Of a stretch of DNA of 64,000 bases, positions 10,054-19,009 are shown piece by piece. Under the pieces are notes generated by a model. The model did no database searches and was not told where the DNA came from. It saw nothing but the letters and a program-made list of their open reading frames with translations. Each line of letters starts with the position of its first letter. Positions within the stretch are counted from its first letter, which is position 1. The position numbers were made by a program, and so were the translations under genes. The DNA comes from Silicimonas sp. (lineage in GTDB: Bacteria > Pseudomonadota > Alphaproteobacteria > Rhodobacterales > Rhodobacteraceae), in NCBI GenBank assembly GCA_013002465.1, contig JABDJO010000067.1, positions 461 to 64,460 on the forward strand, written 5' to 3'.

Positions 10054-11061
10054 TCACTCGTCCACCACATCGCGGTGCGGGCGGTCGATCATCTCGTAAC
10101 GCAACAGATCGGCCATATCGCGGGGATCGCGGACTCGGGGTTCCCTGCGCCGCACCAGGCGGGCAAGCAGTGCTTCGTCGCTCTTCCAGGCGGCCTCGGC
10201 CTCTTCAACGCTCACAAACCGGAAGCGGATCTCATCGCCTGCGACAGCCTGGGCGATCCGCGGCAGATCGGCGGGCAAAACCGTCCCGATCCGGGGATAG
10301 CCCCCCATGGTCTGACACTCAGCCAAGAGAACATAGGGCGTGCCGTCTCCGGTCATCTGGATATCGCCCTCCGAGATGAAATCCGACACCTGGTGCAACT
10401 GCGCGCCCACGGAAAACGGCGCCCCGTCGTGGTCCAGCCGCACACCCTGCCGGTTCGCCCGGGTGCTGCGGTGAAAAACCGTTGCCTCGAACGTCTGCCG
10501 GGTTTCGGCAGGAAACATCTCGGTCTGAGGCCCGGGCATCACCCGAAGAGGCGCTGTTGTTGCGGCCATCTGCGGAAGGCGCATTGGCCCCTGCCCTTTT
10601 TTCTGCGACGCGGCGACCGGCAATCGGTCCCCGGCAACCACCGCCCGGCCCAGTCCCGCGATCCGGTGAAACCCGCGCCCGCCAAGTTCGAACGGGGTCT
10701 CGATGCCACCGCCCAGATGCAGATATCCATAGACCCCAACATCGGCGCTTCCGATGTCCAGCACGGACCCCGGCGCGGCCAGATAACTCGCTCGGCCCTC
10801 AATCGGCGCACCATCCAAGGTTGCCTTCATCCGCGCGCCGGTCAGCGCGAACCACATGCCTGCCTCTAAGCGAAATCGCCCGCCAACGCCCGCCATCTCA
10901 AGTGCTGCCGCCCCCAAGGGCTGATCCAAAAGCGCAACGCCCTCGATATAGGCCAGCCGATCTACCGCACCGCCGCGCGACAAGCCCACGCCAAGTCCAC
11001 CTGCACGCCCGGCATCCTGAACCGCCACCAAGGGGCCCGCGCGCTCGACGATCACGCTCAT
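10054..11061 (-). CDS. pxpC: 5-oxoprolinase subunit C / KipA-type biotin-independent carboxyltransferase-family protein
   Basis: 335 aa. VQDAGRAGG...GVGLSRGGAVD, TRANRQGVRLD and QTMGGYPRIG are typical of allophanate hydrolase subunit 2 / PxpC. Confidence 0.85.
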   Translation of the reverse strand: MSVIVERAGPLVAVQDAGRAGGLGVGLSRGGAVDRLAYIEGVALLDQPLGAAALEMAGVGGRFRLEAGMWFALTGARMKATLDGAPIEGRASYLAAPGSVLDIGSADVGVYGYLHLGGGIETPFELGGRGFHRIAGLGRAVVAGDRLPVAASQKKGQGPMRLPQMAATTAPLRVMPGPQTEMFPAETRQTFEATVFHRSTRANRQGVRLDHDGAPFSVGAQLHQVSDFISEGDIQMTGDGTPYVLLAECQTMGGYPRIGTVLPADLPRIAQAVAGDEIRFRFVSVEEAEAAWKSDEALLARLVRRREPRVRDPRDMADLLRYEMIDRPHRDVVDE

Positions 11062-11789
11062 GGCAAGGGTTCCGAGCGCGCGCCGCCAAGTGCCGTCCCC
11101 TCGTTCAGAAGGTTCTGAAGGTCGCTTGCCGACACCGCTTCGAATTGCATCTCGTCGCCCGCGCGCAGCGGCAGCGGCACCTCGGCGGCAGGGTCATGGC
11201 AGCGAAACGCCGTCCGTCCGACCTGCCGCCATCCCGTGGGGGCGGCGTTTGCAAAGGGGATGACCTGGCGCACGGCCACCACGACAGCCCCACGCGGCAC
11301 TTCCGGCGTGACGTCGCTTTGGCGTGGAATGTCCCAATGGGGGGGAAGAAATCCAAGGTAGGGTTGGCCCGGCGCGAACCCAAGCGCCAGAACCCGCAAG
11401 CGCGCACCGCAGATCTCGTCAACCGCAACTTCCGCACTGACCCCGGCAGCCTCGGCACTCGCTTCAAGGTCCGGACCGAAAGCGCCACCGAAACTTGCCG
11501 GCACCCGCCACAGACGACGCCCCTCGGGCAGATCAGACTCTAACCAGTCCCGGTCACCCAAAAGGCCTTGCATCTCGTCTTCCAGCGTGGCCCGGCGCAG
11601 GATATCGGGGCGAAACCTCAGGTACACCGATGTCAGCGAGGTTGCAGTTTCGACCACACCCTCCGGTGCGGCCCGCTCCAGTGCGGCCCGAAAAGCCAGG
11701 GCGGCCCGGTTGGCAGGCTCGCTCAACCGACCCGAAAACCGGACAAGCACCCCGTCGGGTCCAAGGGGAAGAAGCTCAGGCTCAGACAT
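11058..11789 (-). CDS. pxpB: 5-oxoprolinase subunit B / KipI-family protein
   Basis: 243 aa. Resembles the allophanate hydrolase subunit 1 family (LGFAPGQPYLG, PRGAVVVA). Its stop overlaps the pxpC start (ATGA). Confidence 0.85.
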   Translation of the reverse strand: MSEPELLPLGPDGVLVRFSGRLSEPANRAALAFRAALERAAPEGVVETATSLTSVYLRFRPDILRRATLEDEMQGLLGDRDWLESDLPEGRRLWRVPASFGGAFGPDLEASAEAAGVSAEVAVDEICGARLRVLALGFAPGQPYLGFLPPHWDIPRQSDVTPEVPRGAVVVAVRQVIPFANAAPTGWRQVGRTAFRCHDPAAEVPLPLRAGDEMQFEAVSASDLQNLLNEGTALGGARSEPLP

Positions 11790-11887
11790 CGCTCAACCAT
11801 TCCACAGCCGGCCATGGAAGAAAACGCCCGATCAATCCCAACAGCCCTAGGCCATCCAGGCCCTCGCGACGCCGAAGGCGGCGCAAC

Positions 11888-12550
11888 TCACCACGGAATC
11901 GGGTGGCCCGCGTAGTCAAAAAATCCGCCCGAATGCTCAGGACCTAGCCCCTCGATGACCGACACCAGATCGGCGGCGGCCTTTGTCGGAGGCACGCGAT
12001 CGTGGCTTCTGGCATAGGCTTCGGTGAAATCCGTGGCCACGGTGCCCGGATGGAACGCCACTGCGATCGCTTTTGGGTGGGTGCGTTGCAACTCCACGCT
12101 CGCACCCCGGATCAACTGGTTCAGTGCCGCCTTCGATGCCCGATAGGAATGCCAGCCACCCAATCGGTTGTCCCCAATGGACCCGACCCGCGCCGACAAG
12201 GCCGCGAACACGGCGCGCCTGTCTTTTGGCATCAGGGAAAGCGCGTGCTTCAACACCAACAACGGCCCGACAGCGTTCAGGCGAAACTGGTCAACCAAGG
12301 CATCCGGCGTCACCGCACGGATCGTCTTTTCCGGCCCCTGTCCATTGATCTCCAAGGCCCCGGTTGCCACGAAAACAAGCTCGAACTGACCGTCGATGCT
12401 GCCCAGTTTGTCGCGAACCAAGGTTTCATCCGTCACATCCAGCCCGTCCCGGGACCGCGACAGGCCCACGACCTCCCAGCCCCGCGCCTGCAACTCGGCC
12501 GACACGGCCCGACCGATCCCCCCTGACGCACCAATCACCAAGGCCCGCAT
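11888..12550 (-). CDS. SDR-family oxidoreductase (C-factor-like, 220 aa)
   Basis: MRALVIGASGGIGRAV (TGxxxGxG-type) and the catalytic YRASKAALN. Confidence 0.85.
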   Translation of the reverse strand: MRALVIGASGGIGRAVSAELQARGWEVVGLSRSRDGLDVTDETLVRDKLGSIDGQFELVFVATGALEINGQGPEKTIRAVTPDALVDQFRLNAVGPLLVLKHALSLMPKDRRAVFAALSARVGSIGDNRLGGWHSYRASKAALNQLIRGASVELQRTHPKAIAVAFHPGTVATDFTEAYARSHDRVPPTKAAADLVSVIEGLGPEHSGGFFDYAGHPIPW

Positions 12551-12673
12551 GTCGCTCCTCCCGATCCCCGTTTTCCCAAAGCTAGGTCAAAATCCACTTT
12601 GGGCGAGGCTCGATTTCCCGGTGTTTCAGACTTGACGCGATGCGTTCCACCCACTACCAGAGCCTTCGCTTTT

Positions 12674-12750
12674 GGCGGAGTAGCTCAGTTGGTTAGAGCA
12701 GTGGAATCATAATCCATGTGTCGGGGGTTCAAGTCCCTCCTCCGCTACCA
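12674..12750 (+). tRNA. tRNA with CAU anticodon (elongator Met, or Ile2 if lysidine-modified)
   Basis: I folded a 77-nt cloverleaf by hand: acceptor GGCGGAG/CTCCGCT, D arm GCTC-AGTTGGTTA-GAGC, anticodon arm GTGGA-ATCATAA-TCCAT, T arm GGGGG-TTCAAGT-CCCTC, discriminator A and an encoded CCA. Confidence 0.9.
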
Positions 12751-12789
12751 AACCCCTTGAGTCTCATGCCGCAATGACAGGGGATCTCC

Positions 12790-13554
12790 ATGGCCATGCC
12801 CACAACACCTTCCTTCCGGCTTGACGGTCGGCGCGCGCTTGTGACCGGCGCATCCTCCGGCATTGGCCAGGCCTGCGCGATTGCCCTGGGCGATGCGGGC
12901 GCCCATGTGGTGGCTGCAGCGCGGCGCGCCGACAAGCTTGCCGAAACCGTGGCCGAGATCGAAACCCGCGGCGGTAGTGCCGAAGCGCATGCCTTCGATC
13001 AAACCAACCTTTCCACCATGGCCGACACCTTTCGCGACAGGGGGCCTTTTGATGTCGTGCTGAACTCGGCTGGCCTGGCGCGGCACGGGCCTTCGCTTGA
13101 CACCCAGCCCGAGGATTATGACGCTGTGATGAACGTCAACCTGCGCAGCGCCTATTTTCTATCCCTTGGGGCTGCGAAAGCGATGATCGCGCAGGGCAAG
13201 GGTGGCAGTATCATCCACATCTCGTCACAGATGGCCCATGTGGGTGGACCGGAACGCGCCGTCTATTGCGCCGCCAAGCACGGGATGGAGGGTATGTGCA
13301 AGGCGATGGCCATCGAATGGGGCAGCCACAAGATCCGCATCAACACCATTTGCCCGACCTTCATCCTGACCGATTTCACCCGGAAGGCCTTCGAGGATCC
13401 GGATCGCCGCGCGTGGATCGAGGGCATGATCAAGCTTGGCCGCCCGGGCGAGGTCGAAGACATCATGGGCGCGGCAGTTTATCTCGCTTCCGACGCTTCG
13501 GCCCTGGTTACAGGCACCTCTATGCTGATCGACGGCGGCTGGACGGCAGAATAA
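12790..13554 (+). CDS. SDR-family oxidoreductase (254 aa)
   Basis: ALVTGASSGIGQA, NSAG, and YCAAKHGMEG (YxxxK). Classical SDR. Confidence 0.9.
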   Translation: MAMPTTPSFRLDGRRALVTGASSGIGQACAIALGDAGAHVVAAARRADKLAETVAEIETRGGSAEAHAFDQTNLSTMADTFRDRGPFDVVLNSAGLARHGPSLDTQPEDYDAVMNVNLRSAYFLSLGAAKAMIAQGKGGSIIHISSQMAHVGGPERAVYCAAKHGMEGMCKAMAIEWGSHKIRINTICPTFILTDFTRKAFEDPDRRAWIEGMIKLGRPGEVEDIMGAAVYLASDASALVTGTSMLIDGGWTAE

Positions 13555-13617
13555 TGATCGACCCTTTCACCTGAACCACACCCAATGGCCGCAAGGTCTC
13601 GATCCCTCTGGTTTGGG

Positions 13618-14649
13618 TCACCGGCCTTTTCGGCGTGGCACCATCGGCGCGGCCAGTGTGCCGCCAAAGCGTGTCCAAGTCGGCAGGCACCGCCCTTCTT
13701 GCGGCGTTTCTCCGCGCGTCATGCCAATCAGCATTTCGGCGGCAGCCTCGCCCATTTGCCGGTGAGGTACCCGCACGGTCGTCAGTTTCGGGGTCACCAG
13801 GCGCGCCAGTTCAATGTCATCAAACCCGGTGATCGATACCTCACCCGGCACACTCAGCCCCCGTTCGCCTGCGCGGCGCAATGCCCCGGCGGCCAGAACA
13901 TCGTTGCCGCAGATCACAAGCGACGGGCGCGCAACCACCATCAGACGATCAAAGGCATCGGCCCCGTTCAGGACGCTGTATTCGGTTTCCTCGATGGCCA
14001 GATCCTCGGGGTTCATCCCGGCCGCAGAGACAGCCGCGCGGATACCCTCGATCCGTCCTCTTGCCCTGTCGTTGCCTTCGGTGGGCGCGGTGATTACCCC
14101 GATCCGGCTGTGCCCCAGTTCAATCGCGTGCGAGGCCAGTGCTTCCATCGCGGCACGGTTGTCAAAGCCGATCGACAGACGCTCCGGACTATAGGCCCAG
14201 GCGATCAGCACCGGCACGTTCTGCGTTCGAAGGAACTGATAGACTGCCGGATCCCGATCGTGGCCGATCAGCAAAATCCCGTCGGCCCCGCGCGCGACCA
14301 GAGCCCGGATCTGGGCCTCTTCGATATCACGGTCATAGGATGAACTGGCGACCAGCAACATGAACCCGTCTTCGCCCAACCGTTCCTGAAAGGCCTGCAG
14401 GCCCTGGGCAAAGATCGCGTTCTCCATCGTGGGGATCACCGCGCCGATGGTCTGGGTTCGCCTGGCCGCCAACGCTCGGGCAGAAAAGTTCGGTGCATAT
14501 CCCAGTTCTCGCACCGTCTTCATCACCTTCTCGCGCGTTTTGGCCACCACTTTGTCGGGTGAGTTCAGGCAACGGGACACGGTCGCCGTCGACACGCCCG
14601 CCCGCTTTGCCACGTCTTCCAATGTCGGTGCCGAAACCACTGCAATCAC
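13618..14649 (-). CDS. LacI-family transcriptional regulator
   Basis: N-terminal HTH PTLEDVAKRAGVSTATVSRCLN followed by a periplasmic-binding-protein-like sugar-binding fold. GTG start. Confidence 0.9.
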   Translation of the reverse strand: MIAVVSAPTLEDVAKRAGVSTATVSRCLNSPDKVVAKTREKVMKTVRELGYAPNFSARALAARRTQTIGAVIPTMENAIFAQGLQAFQERLGEDGFMLLVASSSYDRDIEEAQIRALVARGADGILLIGHDRDPAVYQFLRTQNVPVLIAWAYSPERLSIGFDNRAAMEALASHAIELGHSRIGVITAPTEGNDRARGRIEGIRAAVSAAGMNPEDLAIEETEYSVLNGADAFDRLMVVARPSLVICGNDVLAAGALRRAGERGLSVPGEVSITGFDDIELARLVTPKLTTVRVPHRQMGEAAAEMLIGMTRGETPQEGRCLPTWTRFGGTLAAPMVPRRKGR

Positions 14650-14676
14650 CTTCCATGAATCACTTGCAAATCCAAA

Positions 14677-14690
14677 TGTAAGCGCTTACA
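14677..14690. promoter_or_regulatory. LacI-type operator, perfect 14-bp palindrome TGTAAGCGCTTACA
   Basis: Matches the LacI/GalR/PurR-family consensus TGnAAnCGnTTnCA. It sits in the 67-bp divergent region between the LacI gene (start 14649) and the dehydrogenase operon (start 14717). A TTGCAA hexamer lies at 14664-14669. Confidence 0.7.
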
Positions 14691-14716
14691 CAGCAAAGAA
14701 TCAAGGGGAGTCGCCG

Positions 14717-16024
14717 ATGGCACGCGAATATTTGAAAAAAGCCACACTGACCTCGACGTCGGACGCGGCGGATGTGCGCGACACGGTGCAATCCATCCTC
14801 GACGACATCGAAAAGGGCGGCGACAAGGCAGCGATGGAGTATGCCGCCAAGTTCGACCGCTACGACGGCAACGTCGTTCTGACGGCGGAAGAAATCAAAG
14901 CTGCCGGCGCCCTTGTTCCCGACCGCTTGAAAGAAGACATCCAATTCGCCCATGACAATGTGCGCCGTTTTGCCGAAGCGCAGAAAAGCACGCTGCAGGA
15001 CATCGAACTTGAAGTCGTGCCCGGCCTCGTCGCCGGTCAAAAGGCAATCCCAATCAACGCCGCTGGCTGCTATGTGCCCGGCGGCCGCTATAGCCATATC
15101 GCCAGCGCCATCATGACAGTGACAACGGCCAGGGTCGCTGGTTGTGGCAGCATCGTTGTTGCCTCGCCGCCCCGTCCCAAGGTCGGAATTGCGCCCGCCA
15201 TCGTTTACGCCGCCCATATCTGCGGCGCTGACACGATCCTTGCCTTGGGCGGGGTTCAAGGCGTTGCTGCCATGACCTTCGGGCTTTTCGACCTGCCCAA
15301 GGCCAACATCCTTGTCGGCCCCGGCAACCAGTTCGTGGCCGAGGCCAAGCGTATTCTCTTTGGCCGGGTCGGTATCGACATGTTCGCTGGCCCCACCGAC
15401 TCGCTTATCCTTGCCGACAAATCCGCCGATGCCGAAATCGTCGCCGCCGATCTCGTGGGTCAGGCCGAGCATGGTTACAACTCCCCGGTCTGGCTGGTCA
15501 CCGACGATCGCCCGCTTGCCGATGACGTGATGCGCATGGTTCCCGAACTCATCGCCGATCTGCCCGAGGTCAACCGACAGAACGCCGAAGCCGCCTGGCG
15601 CGATTATGCCGAGGTGATCCTTTGCGCCGACCGCGAAGAAATGGCCGCGACTTCGGACGAATATGCACCCGAACACCTGACCGTGCAGGCCGAGGACCTG
15701 GACTGGTGGCGTGATCGCCTGACCTGCTATGGCTCGCTGTTCCTTGGCGAAGAAACCACCGTTGCGTTCGGCGACAAGGCAACAGGCACCAACCACGTGC
15801 TGCCGACATCGGGGGCGGCGTCCTATACAGGCGGGCTTTCGGTCCACAAGTTCATGAAGATCGTGACCTGGCAGCGGGCCACCCGCGAAGGCTCGCGGCC
15901 CGTGGCCGAGGCGACAGCGCGGATTTCACGGCTAGAGGGCATGGAAGGCCACGCGCGCACCGCCGACATTCGGCTGGCCAAATATTTCCCCGGCGTGAAT
16001 TTCGATTTGTCGGCAGATGGTTAG
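14717..16024 (+). CDS. histidinol-dehydrogenase-family enzyme, HpsN-like (sulfopropanediol 3-dehydrogenase candidate)
   Basis: HisD-family core: GIDMFAGPTDSLILADKSA...DLVGQAEHG. ATG at 14717 with RBS AAGGGGAG. The context (ComDE, ADH, LacI) points to a catabolic role rather than histidine biosynthesis. Confidence 0.8.
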   Translation: MAREYLKKATLTSTSDAADVRDTVQSILDDIEKGGDKAAMEYAAKFDRYDGNVVLTAEEIKAAGALVPDRLKEDIQFAHDNVRRFAEAQKSTLQDIELEVVPGLVAGQKAIPINAAGCYVPGGRYSHIASAIMTVTTARVAGCGSIVVASPPRPKVGIAPAIVYAAHICGADTILALGGVQGVAAMTFGLFDLPKANILVGPGNQFVAEAKRILFGRVGIDMFAGPTDSLILADKSADAEIVAADLVGQAEHGYNSPVWLVTDDRPLADDVMRMVPELIADLPEVNRQNAEAAWRDYAEVILCADREEMAATSDEYAPEHLTVQAEDLDWWRDRLTCYGSLFLGEETTVAFGDKATGTNHVLPTSGAASYTGGLSVHKFMKIVTWQRATREGSRPVAEATARISRLEGMEGHARTADIRLAKYFPGVNFDLSADG

Positions 16025-16081
16025 CGCCTTGTCGGAAACTGACATCAAGGGCAGCGCCCGACCCTCAATGCAAGGCACAGC

Positions 16082-17080
16082 ATGATGAAAGCCCTTGTCT
16101 ACACCGGCCCCGAACGCCTTGACTACCGCGACGTGGCCGACCCCGCGCCCGGCAGTGACGATGCCCTGGTCCGCATCGAAAGCGTCGGTATCTGCGGCAG
16201 CGACATGCACGCCTATCTCGGGCACGACGAACGCCGCCCCGCTCCACTGATCCTTGGTCACGAAGCCTGCGGGATAATCGAAGGCGGCGAACGCGACGGC
16301 ACCCGTGTTACCATCAACCCGCTGGTCGCCTGCGGCACCTGCCCCGCCTGCCGCGAAGGGCGCGGCAACATTTGCCCCAAGCGCCAGATCATTTCTCTGC
16401 CGCCCCGCGAAGGCGCCTTTGCCGAACGGGTCGCCATGCCCAAGGCCAACCTTGTTGCGGTCCCCGACGGCATCGCTCCCGAAAAAGCCGCCCTTGCCGA
16501 ACCCATTGCTTGCGGCTGGCATGCCGTGCGCCTTGGCCTACGTGCGCTTGGCACCTCTGAAGCCCGCACTCTTGTCATTGGCGGCGGCGCAATCGGCCTC
16601 GGAGCCGCGCTGTCGGCCAAGGCCCAGGGGATCAGTGACGTCACGATCATCGAACCCCATGACGGGCGTCGCGCCGTTCTGCTCGGGTCCGGCCAAAACG
16701 CCCTTCCGCCAAGTGACCTTGATGAAGCCGACCTTTTTGACATGGTGATCGACGGCGTCGGATTTGCGGCCACCCGCGCAACGGCGACCAAACACGCCAA
16801 ACCCGGCGGCGTGATCACCCACATCGGCCTTGGCGAAGCCACCGGAGGTCTCGATATCCGCCGCATGACGCTGCAAGAGATCACCTTCATCGGCACCTAT
16901 ACCTATACCGCCCAGGATTTCCGCGACACCGCCGCAGCCATCTTCGACGGGCGCCTCGGCGCCCTTGACTGGACCGAACCCCGCGCCCTGGCCGATGGTG
17001 CGCGCGCGTTCAAGGACATCCGCGAGGGTCGCGTCAACGCGCCCAAGATCATCCTCTACCCCGAAGGAGTGCCCGTGTGA
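16082..17080 (+). CDS. zinc-dependent medium-chain alcohol dehydrogenase
   Basis: GICGSDMHAYLGHDE, GHEACG, structural-zinc cysteines CGTCPACREGRGNIC, and a Rossmann GGGAIGLGA. Confidence 0.9.
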   Translation: MMKALVYTGPERLDYRDVADPAPGSDDALVRIESVGICGSDMHAYLGHDERRPAPLILGHEACGIIEGGERDGTRVTINPLVACGTCPACREGRGNICPKRQIISLPPREGAFAERVAMPKANLVAVPDGIAPEKAALAEPIACGWHAVRLGLRALGTSEARTLVIGGGAIGLGAALSAKAQGISDVTIIEPHDGRRAVLLGSGQNALPPSDLDEADLFDMVIDGVGFAATRATATKHAKPGGVITHIGLGEATGGLDIRRMTLQEITFIGTYTYTAQDFRDTAAAIFDGRLGALDWTEPRALADGARAFKDIREGRVNAPKIILYPEGVPV

Positions 17081-17583
17081 GCATCGACAAAAGGATAACC
17101 GAAGACCTGGTATCGAAAGGGATCGGCTTCGTGACCACTGTGCCCTGCAAACAGCTTGCCGGTGTCATCGACGAAATCGACCGGCACCCCGAGATCAAGC
17201 ACGTGCCCTCGAACAAGGAAGACGAAGGCATGGGCCTCTGCGCCGGGGCCTGGATGGGCGGAATGCGGCCCGCGATCATCATGCAGAACACGGCGCTTGG
17301 CGTCACACTCAACACGCTGGCAACGCTCACCCAGTTCTATCGCATGCCCCTGCCGATGCTGATTTCCTATCGCGGCGAACTGCGCGAACCGGTCGCCTGC
17401 CAGGTGGAAATGGCCTTGCATACCAAAGCCTTGCTGGCCCAGATGCTGATCCCGACCTATCACTTCCACAAACAAGCGGACGTCGAGGAACTGCCGATGA
17501 TCCTTGACCATGCGTTCATGTCCAACAAGCCGGTCGCCATCCTGACCGATGCAAACTTCTGGGGAGGCTATGGCGACCAATGA
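17077..17583 (+). CDS. comD: sulfopyruvate decarboxylase subunit alpha
   Basis: 168 aa. N-terminal half of a ThDP enzyme (TTVPCKQL...NKEDEGMGLCAGAWMGG). GTGA overlap with the ADH stop. The split alpha/beta organisation is typical of ComDE. Confidence 0.8.
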   Translation: MSIDKRITEDLVSKGIGFVTTVPCKQLAGVIDEIDRHPEIKHVPSNKEDEGMGLCAGAWMGGMRPAIIMQNTALGVTLNTLATLTQFYRMPLPMLISYRGELREPVACQVEMALHTKALLAQMLIPTYHFHKQADVEELPMILDHAFMSNKPVAILTDANFWGGYGDQ

Positions 17584-18134
17584 TCCGTTCTGAAATCCTG
17601 AAAGACATCGCCCCGATCCTGCGTGACCAGCTTGTGATCTGCAACATCGGCATTCCCAGCCAGGAACTCCATGCCATCGACGACCAGTCAACGAACTTTT
17701 ACATGCTGGGCACCATGGGGCTGGCCTCCTCGATCGGTCTTGGCCTCGCCATGGTGCAACCAAAGCCCGTCATCGTGATCGACGGCGACGGTTCGGTTCT
17801 GACGAACCTCGGCACATTGCCGACCATCGGCAACAACGCGCCTTCGAACTACATCCTTCTGATCATCGACAACGGCTCCTACGGCTCGACCGGCGACCAG
17901 CCGACCTATACGGGGCGCAAAACTTCGCTGACGGGTATGGCCAAGGCCGCAGGTTGCGATCGGGTGGTGGAATGCCAGGCCGAAGACACCGGCGCCGTCC
18001 TGCAAGAAGCGCTGGACGCCCAGGAAGCCACCGTCATCGTCTGTAAATGCGAAAGCGGCAACGCCAAGATGCCGGTGATCACCATGGACCCGGTCGTGAT
18101 CCGCGACCGCTTCATGAAGGCGGTTCAGGCCTAA
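17580..18134 (+). CDS. comE: sulfopyruvate decarboxylase subunit beta
   Basis: 184 aa. ThDP-binding motif IDGDGSVLTNLG...IIDNGSYGSTG. ATGA overlap with comD. Confidence 0.8.
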   Translation: MIRSEILKDIAPILRDQLVICNIGIPSQELHAIDDQSTNFYMLGTMGLASSIGLGLAMVQPKPVIVIDGDGSVLTNLGTLPTIGNNAPSNYILLIIDNGSYGSTGDQPTYTGRKTSLTGMAKAAGCDRVVECQAEDTGAVLQEALDAQEATVIVCKCESGNAKMPVITMDPVVIRDRFMKAVQA

Positions 18135-18189
18135 CCCAAAACACCTCTCGCGGGCGCCCCAGGGCTCCCGCGCGCGGCAAAATCTGCCG

Positions 18190-18939
18190 TCAGGGCGCTT
18201 TCCATCCCAATCCCCGGCTGATGACGGCCGCCGTATCAAGAACCTGCCGCTTTACTTTCGCAGGCACCCTGTCGGCCACCTTCGTTGCGCTGATGGCCGC
18301 GACGATTGCGCCGGACATATCGAAAATGGGCGCAGCCACACTGCAAAGACCACTTTCAAAGCTGCCGATGTGGATGACGCAAGACGCATTGCGGTCGTCC
18401 TCCCATGACTTCAGCGCCGAATTGAGCACGCCCTGGGGCTGGTCGACCAATAGCCGCCGGATCTCGGGTTCGCTTTTCTGCACCAGTAACACGCGCCCCA
18501 TGGCGGTGCGGGTTGCGGGAAGACGGCTACCCACGTGAACCAGCGATGACAGCCCGTCGGATGCCGGCAGCCGGATCAGGTACAAGACGTGCCGTCCGTC
18601 CAGCACGCCAAGATGACACGACCAATCCTGCGCATCGCGCAAGCTTTCCAGCGGCGACTGCGCAACCTCCAGAAGCTCGCGACTGGCCAGATACCCATAG
18701 CTAAGCCGCAGAACCGCCGGACCAAGCCGGTAATGATGACCATCGCGCACGGGTAGAAGAAAACCTTCCTGCACAAGGGTATGAACGCTGCGAAACACTG
18801 CCGAACGGGTGATGCCAAGCGCGGCGGCCAACTGGCTTAGGGTCTGCTCGGGCTTCTGCGGCGTAAAGCACTGCAACAGGGTCAATCCGCGCAGCAGGCC
18901 GGGCACCGTATAGGGATCTTTCTCTGCCAAGTGTTTCAC
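18190..18939 (-). CDS. IclR-family transcriptional regulator
   Basis: N-terminal wHTH (LSQLAAALGITRSAVFRSVHTLVQEGFL) followed by a C-terminal IclR effector domain. Confidence 0.9.
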   Translation of the reverse strand: MKHLAEKDPYTVPGLLRGLTLLQCFTPQKPEQTLSQLAAALGITRSAVFRSVHTLVQEGFLLPVRDGHHYRLGPAVLRLSYGYLASRELLEVAQSPLESLRDAQDWSCHLGVLDGRHVLYLIRLPASDGLSSLVHVGSRLPATRTAMGRVLLVQKSEPEIRRLLVDQPQGVLNSALKSWEDDRNASCVIHIGSFESGLCSVAAPIFDMSGAIVAAISATKVADRVPAKVKRQVLDTAAVISRGLGWKAP

Positions 18940-19009
18940 CTGTAAAACGCTTCCTTCCCAACAAAACGGAAAAAACTAGCATCGGGTCAAGCAATTTCAG
19001 GAGGATCCC

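Noticed and set aside
14717-16024. Biosynthetic histidinol dehydrogenase hisD
   Set aside because: It is not flanked by other his genes. It is under a LacI repressor with a perfect operator and is co-oriented with a Zn-ADH and sulfopyruvate-decarboxylase subunits, so a catabolic HpsN-like paralogue is more likely. A genome-wide search for a second hisD would settle it.
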